Source: a virus. Taken from it: a DNA stretch of 64,000 bases. The stretch's first letter is position 1; each line of letters opens with the position of its first letter. The position numbers and the translations under genes were made by a program. Below the pieces are notes generated by a model. It saw only the letters and a list, made by a program, of their open reading frames with translations. It was not told where the DNA came from and made no database searches. Shown piece by piece: positions 46,951-56,484 of this stretch. Where the stretch lies: the IMG/VR virus record IMGVR_UViG_2974521666_000001, one strand, 5' to 3'.

Positions 46951-47024
46951 TCCCATGCGGCGCTAGGGGAGTCGGGGCGGTAACTGACTCGTGGTAACTC
47001 GGCTCCCCTAGTGCCCCAATCCAA

Positions 47025-47978
47025 TTGAACAAGGAATACAACGTGATTTGGGTTAGCCTGCATACACATTCGACCTTTTCGTACGGGGACGGGTACGGGC
47101 CGGTGGGCGTTCACGTTGACAGAGTTGCAGACCTTGGCATGACCGCGTTGGCGCTCACAGAGCACGGTAACTGCTCCAGCTGGGTCCAGCTCGAAAAGCA
47201 TTGTAAGCGTAGGGAAATCAAGCCAATCTTTGGCCTGGAGGCCTACGTTGCCTCAGAGAACCAGCCACGCAAGTTCCACATGATCCTTCTCGCGAAAGAC
47301 GATGAGGGACTACACAATCTGAACTGCATCATTACTGAGAGCTGGAAGACACTCGGGACTACTAGCAAATCTAAGTTTCCCACCGTTCACGCACCAGTAC
47401 TGAGGAAGTACAATCGTGGCATCATTGCTCTGTCGGGCTGCGCGGACGGCCCCATCTCTTGCATCCTGTTGGGTGGAAAGTCATTGGGTGACAAACGATT
47501 GGAACCCAGAGACGGGGACATTCAACGAGCCAGGCGTGCAATTGAAAGGTTCCAGGCGATATTTGGCGACAGGTATTACCTTGAGACCCAGCGATTTTCT
47601 GGTCTCGCTCGCACTCGTGCTCTCAACCCGTGTTTCGAGGAACTTAGCAACACAACGGGAGCACGAATGGCTGCTACTGCTGACGTGCATTATCCCTACC
47701 CGAATGACAATGAGATGCAGCGCATCTTGCACGCGGCTCACCGTCAGAGCACTGTTGAAGTTACTGACGCTAACTGGGAGTACGACATACTGCTCACGTA
47801 CCCTGAAACCGATAGAGAGGTATACAGAGACCTTGTGGGCACGGGACTCAGCACTGCGGGAGCCAAGGCCGCTGTTGAGGCCACGGCGCACATTGCAGAC
47901 CAATGCAATGTAGAGCTGCCCAAAGCGCCGCCACCGAAATATGTACCGGGGGAAAGAGATTGGGAGCCATGGACGTAG
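47025..47978 (+). CDS. dnaE: DNA polymerase III alpha subunit (DnaE), N-terminal PHP-domain fragment of a split gene
   Basis: PHP-domain motifs (LHTHSTFSYGDG ... ALTEHGN). The start is TTG 47025 or, more likely, GTG 47043 after AAGGAA. Confidence 0.65.
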   Translation: MNKEYNVIWVSLHTHSTFSYGDGYGPVGVHVDRVADLGMTALALTEHGNCSSWVQLEKHCKRREIKPIFGLEAYVASENQPRKFHMILLAKDDEGLHNLNCIITESWKTLGTTSKSKFPTVHAPVLRKYNRGIIALSGCADGPISCILLGGKSLGDKRLEPRDGDIQRARRAIERFQAIFGDRYYLETQRFSGLARTRALNPCFEELSNTTGARMAATADVHYPYPNDNEMQRILHAAHRQSTVEVTDANWEYDILLTYPETDREVYRDLVGTGLSTAGAKAAVEATAHIADQCNVELPKAPPPKYVPGERDWEPWT

Positions 47979-48355
47979 AGCGTGTGGACGCACACGAGGA
48001 GCTAGTTGAGAAAGTTAAACGGCTCCTAAGGCGTAGGGGCTGGGACATCCTAGTCATTGCGAGACTAGGCGGTTGGGTGGAGGCAGTGGACTTCTTTGCC
48101 TTCAAGCCAGATCGGGGCGTGGCAGGCATCATCTGCCACGTCAAAGAGGGGCAGGACTACTGTCTGCGGGCCGCACAGGCTGAACGCTGTGTAGACTGGG
48201 ACAGCCCGGCATACGTGGTCTATAGCAACGGGGCCACGATACCGGCCAAAGACCTAGCAGCACATGGGCGCAAAGAGCAGTACGCAGGCCACCACCCGTT
48301 CTACAGGTACATCAGGACCAATAGGGTGTACACGTTCAACGAGGTGTTCCGGTGA
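47969..48355 (+). CDS. Free-standing small nuclease-like protein inserted between the two dnaE fragments (putative PD-(D/E)xK/Hjc-like homing-type endonuclease)
   Basis: ATG overlaps the stop of dnaE part 1 and its TGA overlaps the GTG of dnaE part 2. WDILVIARLGGWVEAVDFFAFKPDRGVAGIICHVKEG resembles a restriction-endonuclease-fold core. Confidence 0.4.
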   Translation: MDVERVDAHEELVEKVKRLLRRRGWDILVIARLGGWVEAVDFFAFKPDRGVAGIICHVKEGQDYCLRAAQAERCVDWDSPAYVVYSNGATIPAKDLAAHGRKEQYAGHHPFYRYIRTNRVYTFNEVFR

Positions 48356-50664
48356 CGAAACCTGTACTGTCAGAGCAGGAGACTGAGAAACTCTTCAAGT
48401 TCTGGCTTGCCGAGGGGTTCAAGTTCCGTAGGCGCACTAGCAAAGAGATGCAGGCCGAACCTAAGAAGTACCAAGAGCGCCTGCGCATGGAATTCGGCGT
48501 AATCCGTAGCGTACCAGGGTATATCGACTACTTTCTCATGGTGAGCGACTTGGTGCGTTGGGCCAAAGACAATGGCATTCTAGTGGGTCCAGGCCGTGGT
48601 AGTGCAGCCGGCAGTCTGTGTTGCTGGCTTTTGCGTATCACCGAGATTGACCCACTGCTGTACCCCATGCTCTTTGAGCGGTTCCTGGACCCTACGCGTA
48701 CAGACCCTCCAGATATCGATATCGACTTTGAGGACGAGAGGCGTTGGGAGGTTATTCAATACGCCCAGGAAAAGTACGGATACGATAGGGTTGCTAACAT
48801 TCTGACGTTCACCCGGTACAAGGGCAAGAACAGCCTGGATGACGTAGCGCGCGTATACGAAATCCCAGAGTGGAAGATTGAGAACATCAAGGGTAAGCTG
48901 GTGGAGCGGCAAGACGGCCACCCACGGTTCTCCATGACACTGCTTGACACCTTCGATAGCTACGACGACGTTGCCGAAACAGTTAGGCGTACACCTGAAT
49001 TGCAGTACGCGCCACGGCTGGAGGGCATCAACGGGCAGTCCAACTACCGTACGGCCGGTATCCACCCCGCTGGCATTGTGATCAGTGGCGTACCGTTGAC
49101 TCAGATTACAGCCACCTACGAAAAGCAGAGTGGTGCCCAGCGCGGAAGCGGCGTTGCGTACGACAAGAAAGACAGTGAGTACCTAGGTCTTCTGAAGGTT
49201 GACTTCCTTAGCCTAACTACGCTTACCGGCATCCGAGCGACACTAGAACACCTACAGTGGGTGCGTGACCGAATCGGCATGACTATCGAGGAGTTCTACC
49301 AGATACCACTAGATGACCCTAAGGTTTTCGAGGCGTTTCGCGCTGGTGACGTATTGGGCATATTCCAGTTTGAGGGTGTGGCAACACGGCGCGTGCTCAA
49401 AGGCGTACAGCCAGATAAGTTTATGGACCTGGTAGACGTAAACGCACTGAGCCGCCCTGGTGGCGACGATACGGCGTACATCAAGGCCAAGAGCACAGGC
49501 CAGCTGCCAGAGCCGGTCCACCCCACAGTTGATGACCACATCCAATGGACCTGGGGCACTATCGTTTACCAGGAACAGATTCTTCTAATCCTTAGGGACT
49601 TTGGAGGATTCGCGCCGGCTGAGGTCAACCGCATTAGGAAGATCATCTCGGCCAAGGAAGACTCAAGTGTCTTCAACGAGTTCCTCGAAAGGTTCGTGGA
49701 AGGTGCTGCGTCTCACGGCGTTTCACGCGAGAAGGCCGTGGGTGTGTGGCAGAAGATGGTCAACGCTACAGGGTACGCGTTCAACATCAGTCACGCTGTG
49801 TGTTATAGCGATACGGCCTACCGTCAGATGTGGCTTAAGGTGTACTACCCTGAGTTCTACCTAGGGCAGCTACTCAAGTGTCCCGACACAGCAGAAGGCT
49901 TGGAGCGCCGTAGGAAGTTGATCGTGGAGGCCGAACGCAAGGGTATTAAGGTCAATAGCCTGGATCTGCATGAGTCACAGGCAGGCTGGAGCTTGCGCGG
50001 CGGCAGCCTGTACGCTGGCTTTACAGCCGTGAAGGGCATTGGCCTCAAGACCGCTGAGAAGATTGTCCAGTGGCGTGATGAACACAAAACAGAGGCTCTT
50101 GAGTGGTCTAGCCTTACAGCCGTTTCTGGCATTGGTGACGGCAGAGTAAAAGTGATGCGCCAGTTCGCAGAAGACGATGACCCGTTTGGCGTGCTGGCCA
50201 CCAAACGCCTACTTGATAGCATACGTAGGGAATTTGAGGCAGGCAAATTTCCTGGTGTTCCAGAGCCGACGCACGTCAGCATCGACATTGTGGAAGAAGA
50301 TGAGTACGTAGTCTTTATGGGCGTGCTGCGCAAGAAGACCTACAAAGACACTGTGCAGCAGCGTCTTAAGTACGGGGGAGACGGCCTCACCCGAGAGAAA
50401 ATCCTAGAGGAGCTAGATGAACCGCACCTACTGAAGTACGCAACCCTGGACGTTGACGACGAGTACGACGAGCCAATACGCTTGCGGGTGAGCCGGAAGA
50501 AGTACCCACAGTACGCCGGTCTGATTGCCAACGCCCGCGCTGGTGTGGACGTAATCCTGGTGACAGGCTACGTGACTCACTTTGGAGGCTTGGCCATTCA
50601 GGTCAAGGAACTAATCGTAATCAATCCGGAAGAGGATGAAACACAGGATGACTTATCGTTCTGA
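48352..50664 (+). CDS. dnaE: DNA polymerase III alpha subunit (DnaE), polymerase-core fragment of the split gene
   Basis: YFLMVSDLVRWAKDNGILVGPGRGSAAGSLCCWLLRITEIDPL (Pol III alpha palm signature), followed by finger and HhH regions. Confidence 0.8.
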   Translation: MTKPVLSEQETEKLFKFWLAEGFKFRRRTSKEMQAEPKKYQERLRMEFGVIRSVPGYIDYFLMVSDLVRWAKDNGILVGPGRGSAAGSLCCWLLRITEIDPLLYPMLFERFLDPTRTDPPDIDIDFEDERRWEVIQYAQEKYGYDRVANILTFTRYKGKNSLDDVARVYEIPEWKIENIKGKLVERQDGHPRFSMTLLDTFDSYDDVAETVRRTPELQYAPRLEGINGQSNYRTAGIHPAGIVISGVPLTQITATYEKQSGAQRGSGVAYDKKDSEYLGLLKVDFLSLTTLTGIRATLEHLQWVRDRIGMTIEEFYQIPLDDPKVFEAFRAGDVLGIFQFEGVATRRVLKGVQPDKFMDLVDVNALSRPGGDDTAYIKAKSTGQLPEPVHPTVDDHIQWTWGTIVYQEQILLILRDFGGFAPAEVNRIRKIISAKEDSSVFNEFLERFVEGAASHGVSREKAVGVWQKMVNATGYAFNISHAVCYSDTAYRQMWLKVYYPEFYLGQLLKCPDTAEGLERRRKLIVEAERKGIKVNSLDLHESQAGWSLRGGSLYAGFTAVKGIGLKTAEKIVQWRDEHKTEALEWSSLTAVSGIGDGRVKVMRQFAEDDDPFGVLATKRLLDSIRREFEAGKFPGVPEPTHVSIDIVEEDEYVVFMGVLRKKTYKDTVQQRLKYGGDGLTREKILEELDEPHLLKYATLDVDDEYDEPIRLRVSRKKYPQYAGLIANARAGVDVILVTGYVTHFGGLAIQVKELIVINPEEDETQDDLSF

Positions 50665-51163
50665 AGTAGTAGACAAGGCATTTCAGAAGGCCCTTGAGAC
50701 ACTACGCGGCTGGGAGAACGTTCACAGCGCCGTTGTGGACTTTGGCCTGGGGGACAGTGCCTCTCGAGAGCTGCCCCACGACAAGGTAGTGACAGATAAC
50801 GTACCGCTTGACGACGGGGCAAACGCTATCGGCAGCTACGTTGTTGGCACGGCACCGGTCCATGAGATCGTTCACCCCTTTGACGACCGGATACAGGGTG
50901 CTCGTATCTACAAGAGCGAAGGGAAGCATAGGGTCCTATTGGATCTGGACTGCCCACACGTGTACGTTCCCAGCAGCACACCGGGCCACGGGCACTTGAT
51001 CATTGATGTGCCACAGGACTGGAACACCTACAAGCGCTTGCTGCAGCTGTTGGGAGACATGGGGATTCTTCAGTACGGCTACGTGGACGCCAGCTTCAAG
51101 CGGGAGGAAACGTGGCTCCGAGCACCTGGAGTGCCCAAGAGCCAAGGAGGTATGGGCCTGTGA
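50648..51163 (+). CDS. Hypothetical protein (171 aa)
   Basis: GAGGATGAAACACAGGATG start context overlapping the dnaE end. Confidence 0.35.
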   Translation: MTYRSEVVDKAFQKALETLRGWENVHSAVVDFGLGDSASRELPHDKVVTDNVPLDDGANAIGSYVVGTAPVHEIVHPFDDRIQGARIYKSEGKHRVLLDLDCPHVYVPSSTPGHGHLIIDVPQDWNTYKRLLQLLGDMGILQYGYVDASFKREETWLRAPGVPKSQGGMGL

Positions 51164-52164
51164 ACGACGCAGACACACTCATCAGCACGACCTTGACACA
51201 CGTCATGAACCAAGGCATGTACATTGCAACCGAGAAGGATTCGTCTTGGGAGCTATGCGACTACCAAACAATTCCCATGACAGACATCAGGTCTCGTATC
51301 TTCACCAACCCTAACAGGCCATTGAACATCGTGACGGCCGTAGCTCGCTTCACCTGGTTGATGGCGGGCAACAATCGTGTTGAGGACATAGCGTTTTACG
51401 AGCCGAAAGTCCGCAACTTCAGTGACGACAAGCTCACCGTTCCTGGAAGTGATTACGGCCTTAGGATCTTCCAGCCACGACCGGGCCTGAACCAGATCGA
51501 GGGAGTCGTTGAGCGGCTACGCCATTCACCGTACTCCAGACAGGCAGCTGCGGTTGTGTGGCAACCGGAAGACGCTGTGCGCCAAAGTGGGGATATCCCT
51601 TGCACATTCGGTATGTTCTTCAGGCTCAGGCCCTGCCCTGACGGGGAGCACGCCTACGCGTTGCACATGACCACAGTCATGAGGTCCAATAACGCTTTCC
51701 GTATCCTGCCTTTCAACGTGTTTGAGTTCACGATGCTGCACGAGCTGGTGGCTGCTGAACTTGGTGTGGGCCTAGGGAGCTACAAGGTGTGGGCTGCCTC
51801 GATGCACGCGTACGACAACCCACGCGAAACGCCTGCCACGAGGGCTATTGCGGATGGTGAAGTGTTCAAGAGCATTAGGATGGACCCTATGCCTCAGCGA
51901 GATGGTTCACCCCTTGGCACAGACCCGTTGGTGTGCGCACGGCACTTGGCCATACTGGAGGCTAGCCTACGGCACGCCTGTGACGAAGACGAATACGGCA
52001 GTATCGTTTTGGAGGCCTTCAATGTGCTGCCCAATTACTGGCTTGACCTGTTTGGCGTGCTTGCAGCCTGGGGTGCGGCCAAGCGTAACTGGGGACCACA
52101 GTACAGCATGATTAGCAACAGCGAACTACGGGACCTAACGGCAGCTGTCTGCCAGAAAGTGTAA
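51160..52164 (+). CDS. Thymidylate-synthase-family (ThyA-like) pyrimidine C5-modifying enzyme, divergent
   Basis: Alignable to ThyA: SPYSRQAAAVVWQ (DSRRIIVSAWN region), catalytic-Cys segment DIPCTFGMFF, VMRSNNAF..LPFNVFEF (RSxD..PFNIASY region; Asn retained, Asp replaced by Asn), SMHAYDN (DTHLY). GTG start after AAGGAGG. Confidence 0.6.
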   Translation: MNDADTLISTTLTHVMNQGMYIATEKDSSWELCDYQTIPMTDIRSRIFTNPNRPLNIVTAVARFTWLMAGNNRVEDIAFYEPKVRNFSDDKLTVPGSDYGLRIFQPRPGLNQIEGVVERLRHSPYSRQAAAVVWQPEDAVRQSGDIPCTFGMFFRLRPCPDGEHAYALHMTTVMRSNNAFRILPFNVFEFTMLHELVAAELGVGLGSYKVWAASMHAYDNPRETPATRAIADGEVFKSIRMDPMPQRDGSPLGTDPLVCARHLAILEASLRHACDEDEYGSIVLEAFNVLPNYWLDLFGVLAAWGAAKRNWGPQYSMISNSELRDLTAAVCQKV

Positions 52165-52168
52165 AGCC

Positions 52169-52747
52169 ATGGGACGCAAGACCAAAAAGCAAAAGCAGAG
52201 GGCGAAAGCCAAAGCAACGCAGGCACAAACGCCGGCTGCTAAGCCAAAGGCGAAATCGCAAATGCCTAGCGGCGCTAAGAAACCGTTACGGGTGGTGAAC
52301 GGGCCGTCGACGCCCCAGGAAGATGCTGCGGCCAAACTGCAGAAGTTGGCAGAGACTTTGCGTAGTGCCGGTACAACTTTGGGTGACCCACGGCGAAGGC
52401 CTAGTCAGATGCCTCAACAACAACTGAGGCCAGAAGTGGGGAAGTTCAAGAAGGCCAAGCCTTCTGAGTACCAGCAGGAGCAAGCTGTGTTGCGACTGCA
52501 GGCCCTGCAGAACTTCCTGCACGCCAAGCCCAAGCCTATCCTGAATCAGCTTGAAGAGCTAGGTGTTCGGATTGTGCCCTTTCAGGCATCGTTCGGGCCG
52601 GACGGTATTGAGCAGGCCATGCTGATCCCAATGCGAGATATTGCGCGTGCGGATGCCGAAATCGCTAGCAGAGGTACGCTTTACGATCAACTGTACAGAG
52701 GGGAGGACCCAAGCAAGATCACACTGCCAGAACCCAAGAAACCCTAA
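52169..52747 (+). CDS. Hypothetical basic protein (192 aa, Lys/Ala/Pro-rich N-terminus)
   Basis: Histone-like or low-complexity basic N-terminus. Confidence 0.35.
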   Translation: MGRKTKKQKQRAKAKATQAQTPAAKPKAKSQMPSGAKKPLRVVNGPSTPQEDAAAKLQKLAETLRSAGTTLGDPRRRPSQMPQQQLRPEVGKFKKAKPSEYQQEQAVLRLQALQNFLHAKPKPILNQLEELGVRIVPFQASFGPDGIEQAMLIPMRDIARADAEIASRGTLYDQLYRGEDPSKITLPEPKKP

Positions 52748-52776
52748 GCAACACAGAAAAGGTTGGTGAAAACCAG

Positions 52777-53739
52777 ATGTGGGCAACTCTTTGGTTGGCC
52801 TTCGTCCTGCTCGTGACGATTGGCTTTGCCGTATGGTTCCTGTTCTTCCCGATCACCAAAGAACGGGAAGTGTCCTACGGACGCTATGAGAAACGTACGT
52901 TCCGTAACCCAGCAGCTCTGATTGGCCTTGGCACCTCAGCTTTGGTGTTCCTGATCAGTTTGGTGTTGGCTTGCACCACGATTGTGGGCACGCGACAGGT
53001 TGGCATTGTGACACAGTGGAATCGGCCGACAGGCGAAACCCTTAGCAACGGATTGCATTTCATTCTGCCGTGGACCTCAGTGCATGAGATGGACGCCGCC
53101 ATTCAGAACGACGTGTACAACGGCGACCACAGAATCCAAGTGCGCCTAGGGAACAACAGCACTGCCATGGCAGACGTGAATGTGCGCTGGGAAATCAAGC
53201 CGGATCAGGCCGACGAGCTGTTCCAGCAGTACAAGACGTTCGACAACGTGCGGTCCAATCTTGTAGAGCGCAATCTGCGTACTGTGCTCAACGAGGCGTT
53301 CATGGCGTTCGACCCTCTGGCTGGTGATCCCAAGCCACCTGTTGGGCCGGACGGCAAGCCCACGGGGCCTGCTCCAAAGCCAGTGACACTCAGCTCGGTG
53401 ACGGCAGATGCTCTTGCACAGTTGCAAGCCAAGAGTGATCAGGTCACCATCCTGGACCTGAGCGTGCCGGTGATCGACTACGACGACAACACAGAGCAGA
53501 AGATCAACGCCATCAACGCTGCTCGTGCCGACACCACCAGGGCCGAGCAAGAGGCCAAGACGGCAGAGCAGAAACGTCTTGCGGCAGAGGAATTGGCCAA
53601 ACAGCCAATCCCAGACCTACGCATTGCCATTGCCGCGTGTGTCAACAAGATGGCTGAGACAGGCCAGACGCTCAACTGTTTCCCGTTGGGTAACAACGTT
53701 GTACCAACACTGCAGGTTCCAAACCCGGCTGCTCCGTAA
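52777..53739 (+). CDS. Band-7 (SPFH / stomatin-prohibitin-HflKC) domain membrane protein
   Basis: Two N-terminal transmembrane helices, then GIVTQWNRPTGETLSNGLHFILPW (start of an SPFH domain) and a coiled-coil C-terminus. Confidence 0.5.
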   Translation: MWATLWLAFVLLVTIGFAVWFLFFPITKEREVSYGRYEKRTFRNPAALIGLGTSALVFLISLVLACTTIVGTRQVGIVTQWNRPTGETLSNGLHFILPWTSVHEMDAAIQNDVYNGDHRIQVRLGNNSTAMADVNVRWEIKPDQADELFQQYKTFDNVRSNLVERNLRTVLNEAFMAFDPLAGDPKPPVGPDGKPTGPAPKPVTLSSVTADALAQLQAKSDQVTILDLSVPVIDYDDNTEQKINAINAARADTTRAEQEAKTAEQKRLAAEELAKQPIPDLRIAIAACVNKMAETGQTLNCFPLGNNVVPTLQVPNPAAP

Positions 53740-53746
53740 GCCGGTG

Positions 53747-53788
53747 GGGTGAGCGGCACACACCAAGGTTCGAGTCCTTGGCACCCAC
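53747..53788 (+). ncRNA. tRNA-like minihelix element 14 (in the replication module)
   Basis: GGGTG-AGCGGCACACA-CCAAGG-TTCGAGT-CCTTGG-CACCC-AC; 8 nt after the upstream stop. Confidence 0.5.
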
Positions 53789-53820
53789 GGTTCAACAACC
53801 AAGTAACCCTAGGAGATACA

Positions 53821-54282
53821 GTGGCAAATCAGGGGATGTTTCCCACTCCGCACGTCTACGTTGCTTCGAGCTGGCGAAACCAATTCCAACCCAATGTCGT
53901 TCAGGCCCTAAGGGCTGCCGGCTACGCTGTGTACGACTTCAAGAACCCCAACGGTGAGAAGGGGTTTGCGTGGTCGGACATTGTAGACGACAACCACGAC
54001 AGTGTGTCCACAACTGAGTACCTGGACATCATCGCTCACCCCTTGGCAGACAAGGGCTTCCAGCGAGACATGAACGCTCTGTTCGCCTCTGACATTGTGG
54101 TGCTGGTGCTGCCGTGCGAACGTGACGCTCACCTGGAGTTGGGGTGGGCCGTCGGCGCGGGCAAGCAGACACACATTTTGCTTGACAACCCTTGTAAGGC
54201 TAGCCTGATGTACAAGATGGTGGACTTCATCCACCCGACGCTGGAGGACCTGCTTGTCACCCTAGGGGATGCTGATGCCTGA
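53821..54282 (+). CDS. Nucleoside 2-deoxyribosyltransferase-like (or dNMP N-hydrolase-like) protein
   Basis: HVYVASSW and ERDAHLELGWAVGAGKQTHILLD resemble the YxAGPxF and D.G...E.G.A.A.GKP motifs of that fold. GTG start after TAGGAGA. Confidence 0.4.
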   Translation: MANQGMFPTPHVYVASSWRNQFQPNVVQALRAAGYAVYDFKNPNGEKGFAWSDIVDDNHDSVSTTEYLDIIAHPLADKGFQRDMNALFASDIVVLVLPCERDAHLELGWAVGAGKQTHILLDNPCKASLMYKMVDFIHPTLEDLLVTLGDADA

Positions 54283-54691
54283 GCAGGAGAAGACCGCCGA
54301 ACAGCTGGAGGCTGAGGCCGCTGAGATGCTGGCCAAGGTGGCGGCGCTGAAGGCAAAGAAGAGGGCCAAGACAGGTAAAGCCCCTGTGCGAGAGGGCGAT
54401 ACGCTACGCCGCATCCAGCAGGACCAGACGGTCAAAAGCGCTACTCTGGCTAAGAGTTTCGGTGGCTACGGTGGCCGCACACTAATCAACAAGATCGAAG
54501 AGCAGATGGACCAGCGCCGAAAAGTTATGGAGTCCATCGTGGTCAAAACCGGCGAAACTAGTAGCAACGCTAACTGGTTGAAAAACAAGCACCGTCGGGA
54601 AGGCATGGCAGCAGCGCTGGCAATCCTTCGCAGTTCCAGTGTGGCGCATGAACTTCAGCGCAGCGACGAAAGGTTGGGCATCGATGGCTAA
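54275..54691 (+). CDS. Hypothetical protein (138 aa) Confidence 0.3.
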   Translation: MPEQEKTAEQLEAEAAEMLAKVAALKAKKRAKTGKAPVREGDTLRRIQQDQTVKSATLAKSFGGYGGRTLINKIEEQMDQRRKVMESIVVKTGETSSNANWLKNKHRREGMAAALAILRSSSVAHELQRSDERLGIDG

Positions 54692-54896
54692 GAAGGGCCA
54701 AAAGACAACGGTAACGTGTGTAGGTGGACCAAAGCACATGCGTACCTTCACATACGGCAAGCCCTATCCAAAGGAGTTGCTGTTCAACGACTTCCAGAAA
54801 GGCATCCAAGAGGTGTACTACCGGAAGCCAGACAGTACAACGTACCTGTACCAGGGAGCCAAGCCCGCGCAGCGAGTGGAGGTTGGAAATGCCTGA
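54684..54896 (+). CDS. Hypothetical small protein (70 aa)
   Basis: ATG overlaps the upstream stop. Confidence 0.3.
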   Translation: MAKKGQKTTVTCVGGPKHMRTFTYGKPYPKELLFNDFQKGIQEVYYRKPDSTTYLYQGAKPAQRVEVGNA

Positions 54897-55143
54897 CATT
54901 CACGGCCGAAAGCTGGTGAGCGAGACCCACTTTCACGGCATCCAAGAGACGCGGTTGGTGATCAGCCTGGAACTGAAGGTGGACAAGGACGTTCTGGAAG
55001 AGCTGCCCAGCTACAAGCGCAAAGCCATTGCGTGGCTACGGGATACCATCGAAGAGGTGAAGACACCGCAGGGTGTGCTGGCAGCAATCGAAGAGGCTGA
55101 CGGTGTTTACGTGGTAGACACCACGATTCAGGCCGCAGGCTGA
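54889..55143 (+). CDS. Hypothetical small protein (84 aa)
   Basis: GGAGG RBS; ATG overlaps the upstream stop. Confidence 0.3.
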   Translation: MPDIHGRKLVSETHFHGIQETRLVISLELKVDKDVLEELPSYKRKAIAWLRDTIEEVKTPQGVLAAIEEADGVYVVDTTIQAAG

Positions 55144-55159
55144 AAGGGGTAGGAAGACT

Positions 55160-55867
55160 ATGTCATACAGGCAGTCCACGGTTGAGCGTCCGGCCGGATA
55201 CTACGGCCCAATGCGCCGTGATCTGCGAATCCACTACCCTGACAGGCCCAAGGCAAGGCCGTTGGCAGGCGTAAACCTTACTCGGGTACCGATTCTGGCG
55301 TTTGACCCAGGCGGTACCACGGGCTGGAGCTTGCTTGTGTTGCCACGGCAGATCAGGGGCCGTGACGTGTTCAGCTACGATCCAGCGACCATACTACGCA
55401 ACGCCGTTATTTGGGAGCATGGGGAGATGGTCACCACTGGCGACGAGGACGCAGCCAGCTTCCAGCTGTTCAAGATGTGCCAGGCGTGGCCAGGGGCCGC
55501 AATCGTGGTGGAAGACTTCATCTTACGTGTAGAACGAAAGGAGAAGAGCCGAGAGCTGTTGTCCCCGGTGCGCATCACCGCCAAACTTGAGGCGTACCTA
55601 TGGCGTAACACCGACAGGTGCATGTTCAAGCAGGATCCATCACAGGCCAAGCGGGTAACGGACGACCGACTGAAAGCGTTGGGAGCCATTGCAGAAGACG
55701 GCCTGCCGGACCACGCAAGAGACGCTGACCGCCACGCGGTGATGTTCATGCGCCGGTGCATTGGCCCGCAGGGTGTCGGCCTGAAGCGTGTGGCTTGGCC
55801 AGAGCTGTACGGTGTCATTGGGGATGAGCCGGTGGATGAGGAAGAGCTGGAGGATGCCAGCGCATGA
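55160..55867 (+). CDS. RuvC-like Holliday junction resolvase
   Basis: ILAFDPGGTTGWSLL (RNase-H-fold first Asp motif) and C-terminal HARDADRHAVMF. Confidence 0.6.
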   Translation: MSYRQSTVERPAGYYGPMRRDLRIHYPDRPKARPLAGVNLTRVPILAFDPGGTTGWSLLVLPRQIRGRDVFSYDPATILRNAVIWEHGEMVTTGDEDAASFQLFKMCQAWPGAAIVVEDFILRVERKEKSRELLSPVRITAKLEAYLWRNTDRCMFKQDPSQAKRVTDDRLKALGAIAEDGLPDHARDADRHAVMFMRRCIGPQGVGLKRVAWPELYGVIGDEPVDEEELEDASA

Positions 55868-55999
55868 GCGAAATCGTAAAGGTGGCTGCCGCTACGCTTT
55901 CCGTAGTGGTGATCACAGTGGTGGGCATTATGGCCATTGTGTTCGCGGACAACGTAGGGCAGCAACCAGATTACCTTCGATGTGAAATGAGCAATAGCA

Positions 56000-56284
56000 G
56001 TGAGTGACATCCAGATTATCATCCCGCTGAGCGTATTGGGCACGGCCTCAAGCCTCACCCCTGAAGAGATCAGTCGCACGCTCAACAATGCCACAGCGTA
56101 CCAGCAGGCAGCCGAGCGCTACCGGGAGCTGGTCAACGTCATGGTCGTCCAGTTCCAAAGTGCCGCTAGGGATTTGCTGCGCATACTGGACGAGGTGGAT
56201 GACCCCTGGCACAAGGTTCAGGCGTTGCGACAGCTGGCAACCGACATGCAAGAGGCAGCCCAAAACACTAGGGAGATACCATGA
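56000..56284 (+). CDS. Hypothetical protein (94 aa) Confidence 0.3.
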   Translation: MSDIQIIIPLSVLGTASSLTPEEISRTLNNATAYQQAAERYRELVNVMVVQFQSAARDLLRILDEVDDPWHKVQALRQLATDMQEAAQNTREIP

Positions 56285-56484
56285 GTAACCGAATCACTCG
56301 GGACCACAGCTACAAGTTCACGGTGTACGGATATCCGAGCGTTGACGAACTAGTGGCAGAGTTGCAAAGGGCCAAAGAATCAGTGTCTCCCAACGGAGAG
56401 CAGAGCACCGTAGATATCCAAAGCCACAATGCAATAGACCAGCGTGAACGGTCGTACGTTACCATAACCGTTAGGAGAGGCTAG
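56281..56484 (+). CDS. Hypothetical small protein (67 aa) Confidence 0.3.
   Translation: MSNRITRDHSYKFTVYGYPSVDELVAELQRAKESVSPNGEQSTVDIQSHNAIDQRERSYVTITVRRG

Noticed and set aside
47966-48355. Group I intron or intein interrupting dnaE
   Set aside because: The dnaE fragments are separated by in-frame stop codons and by a separately initiated ORF that fills almost all of the 390-nt gap. This leaves no room for an intron catalytic core, and the insert is not in frame as an intein would be.
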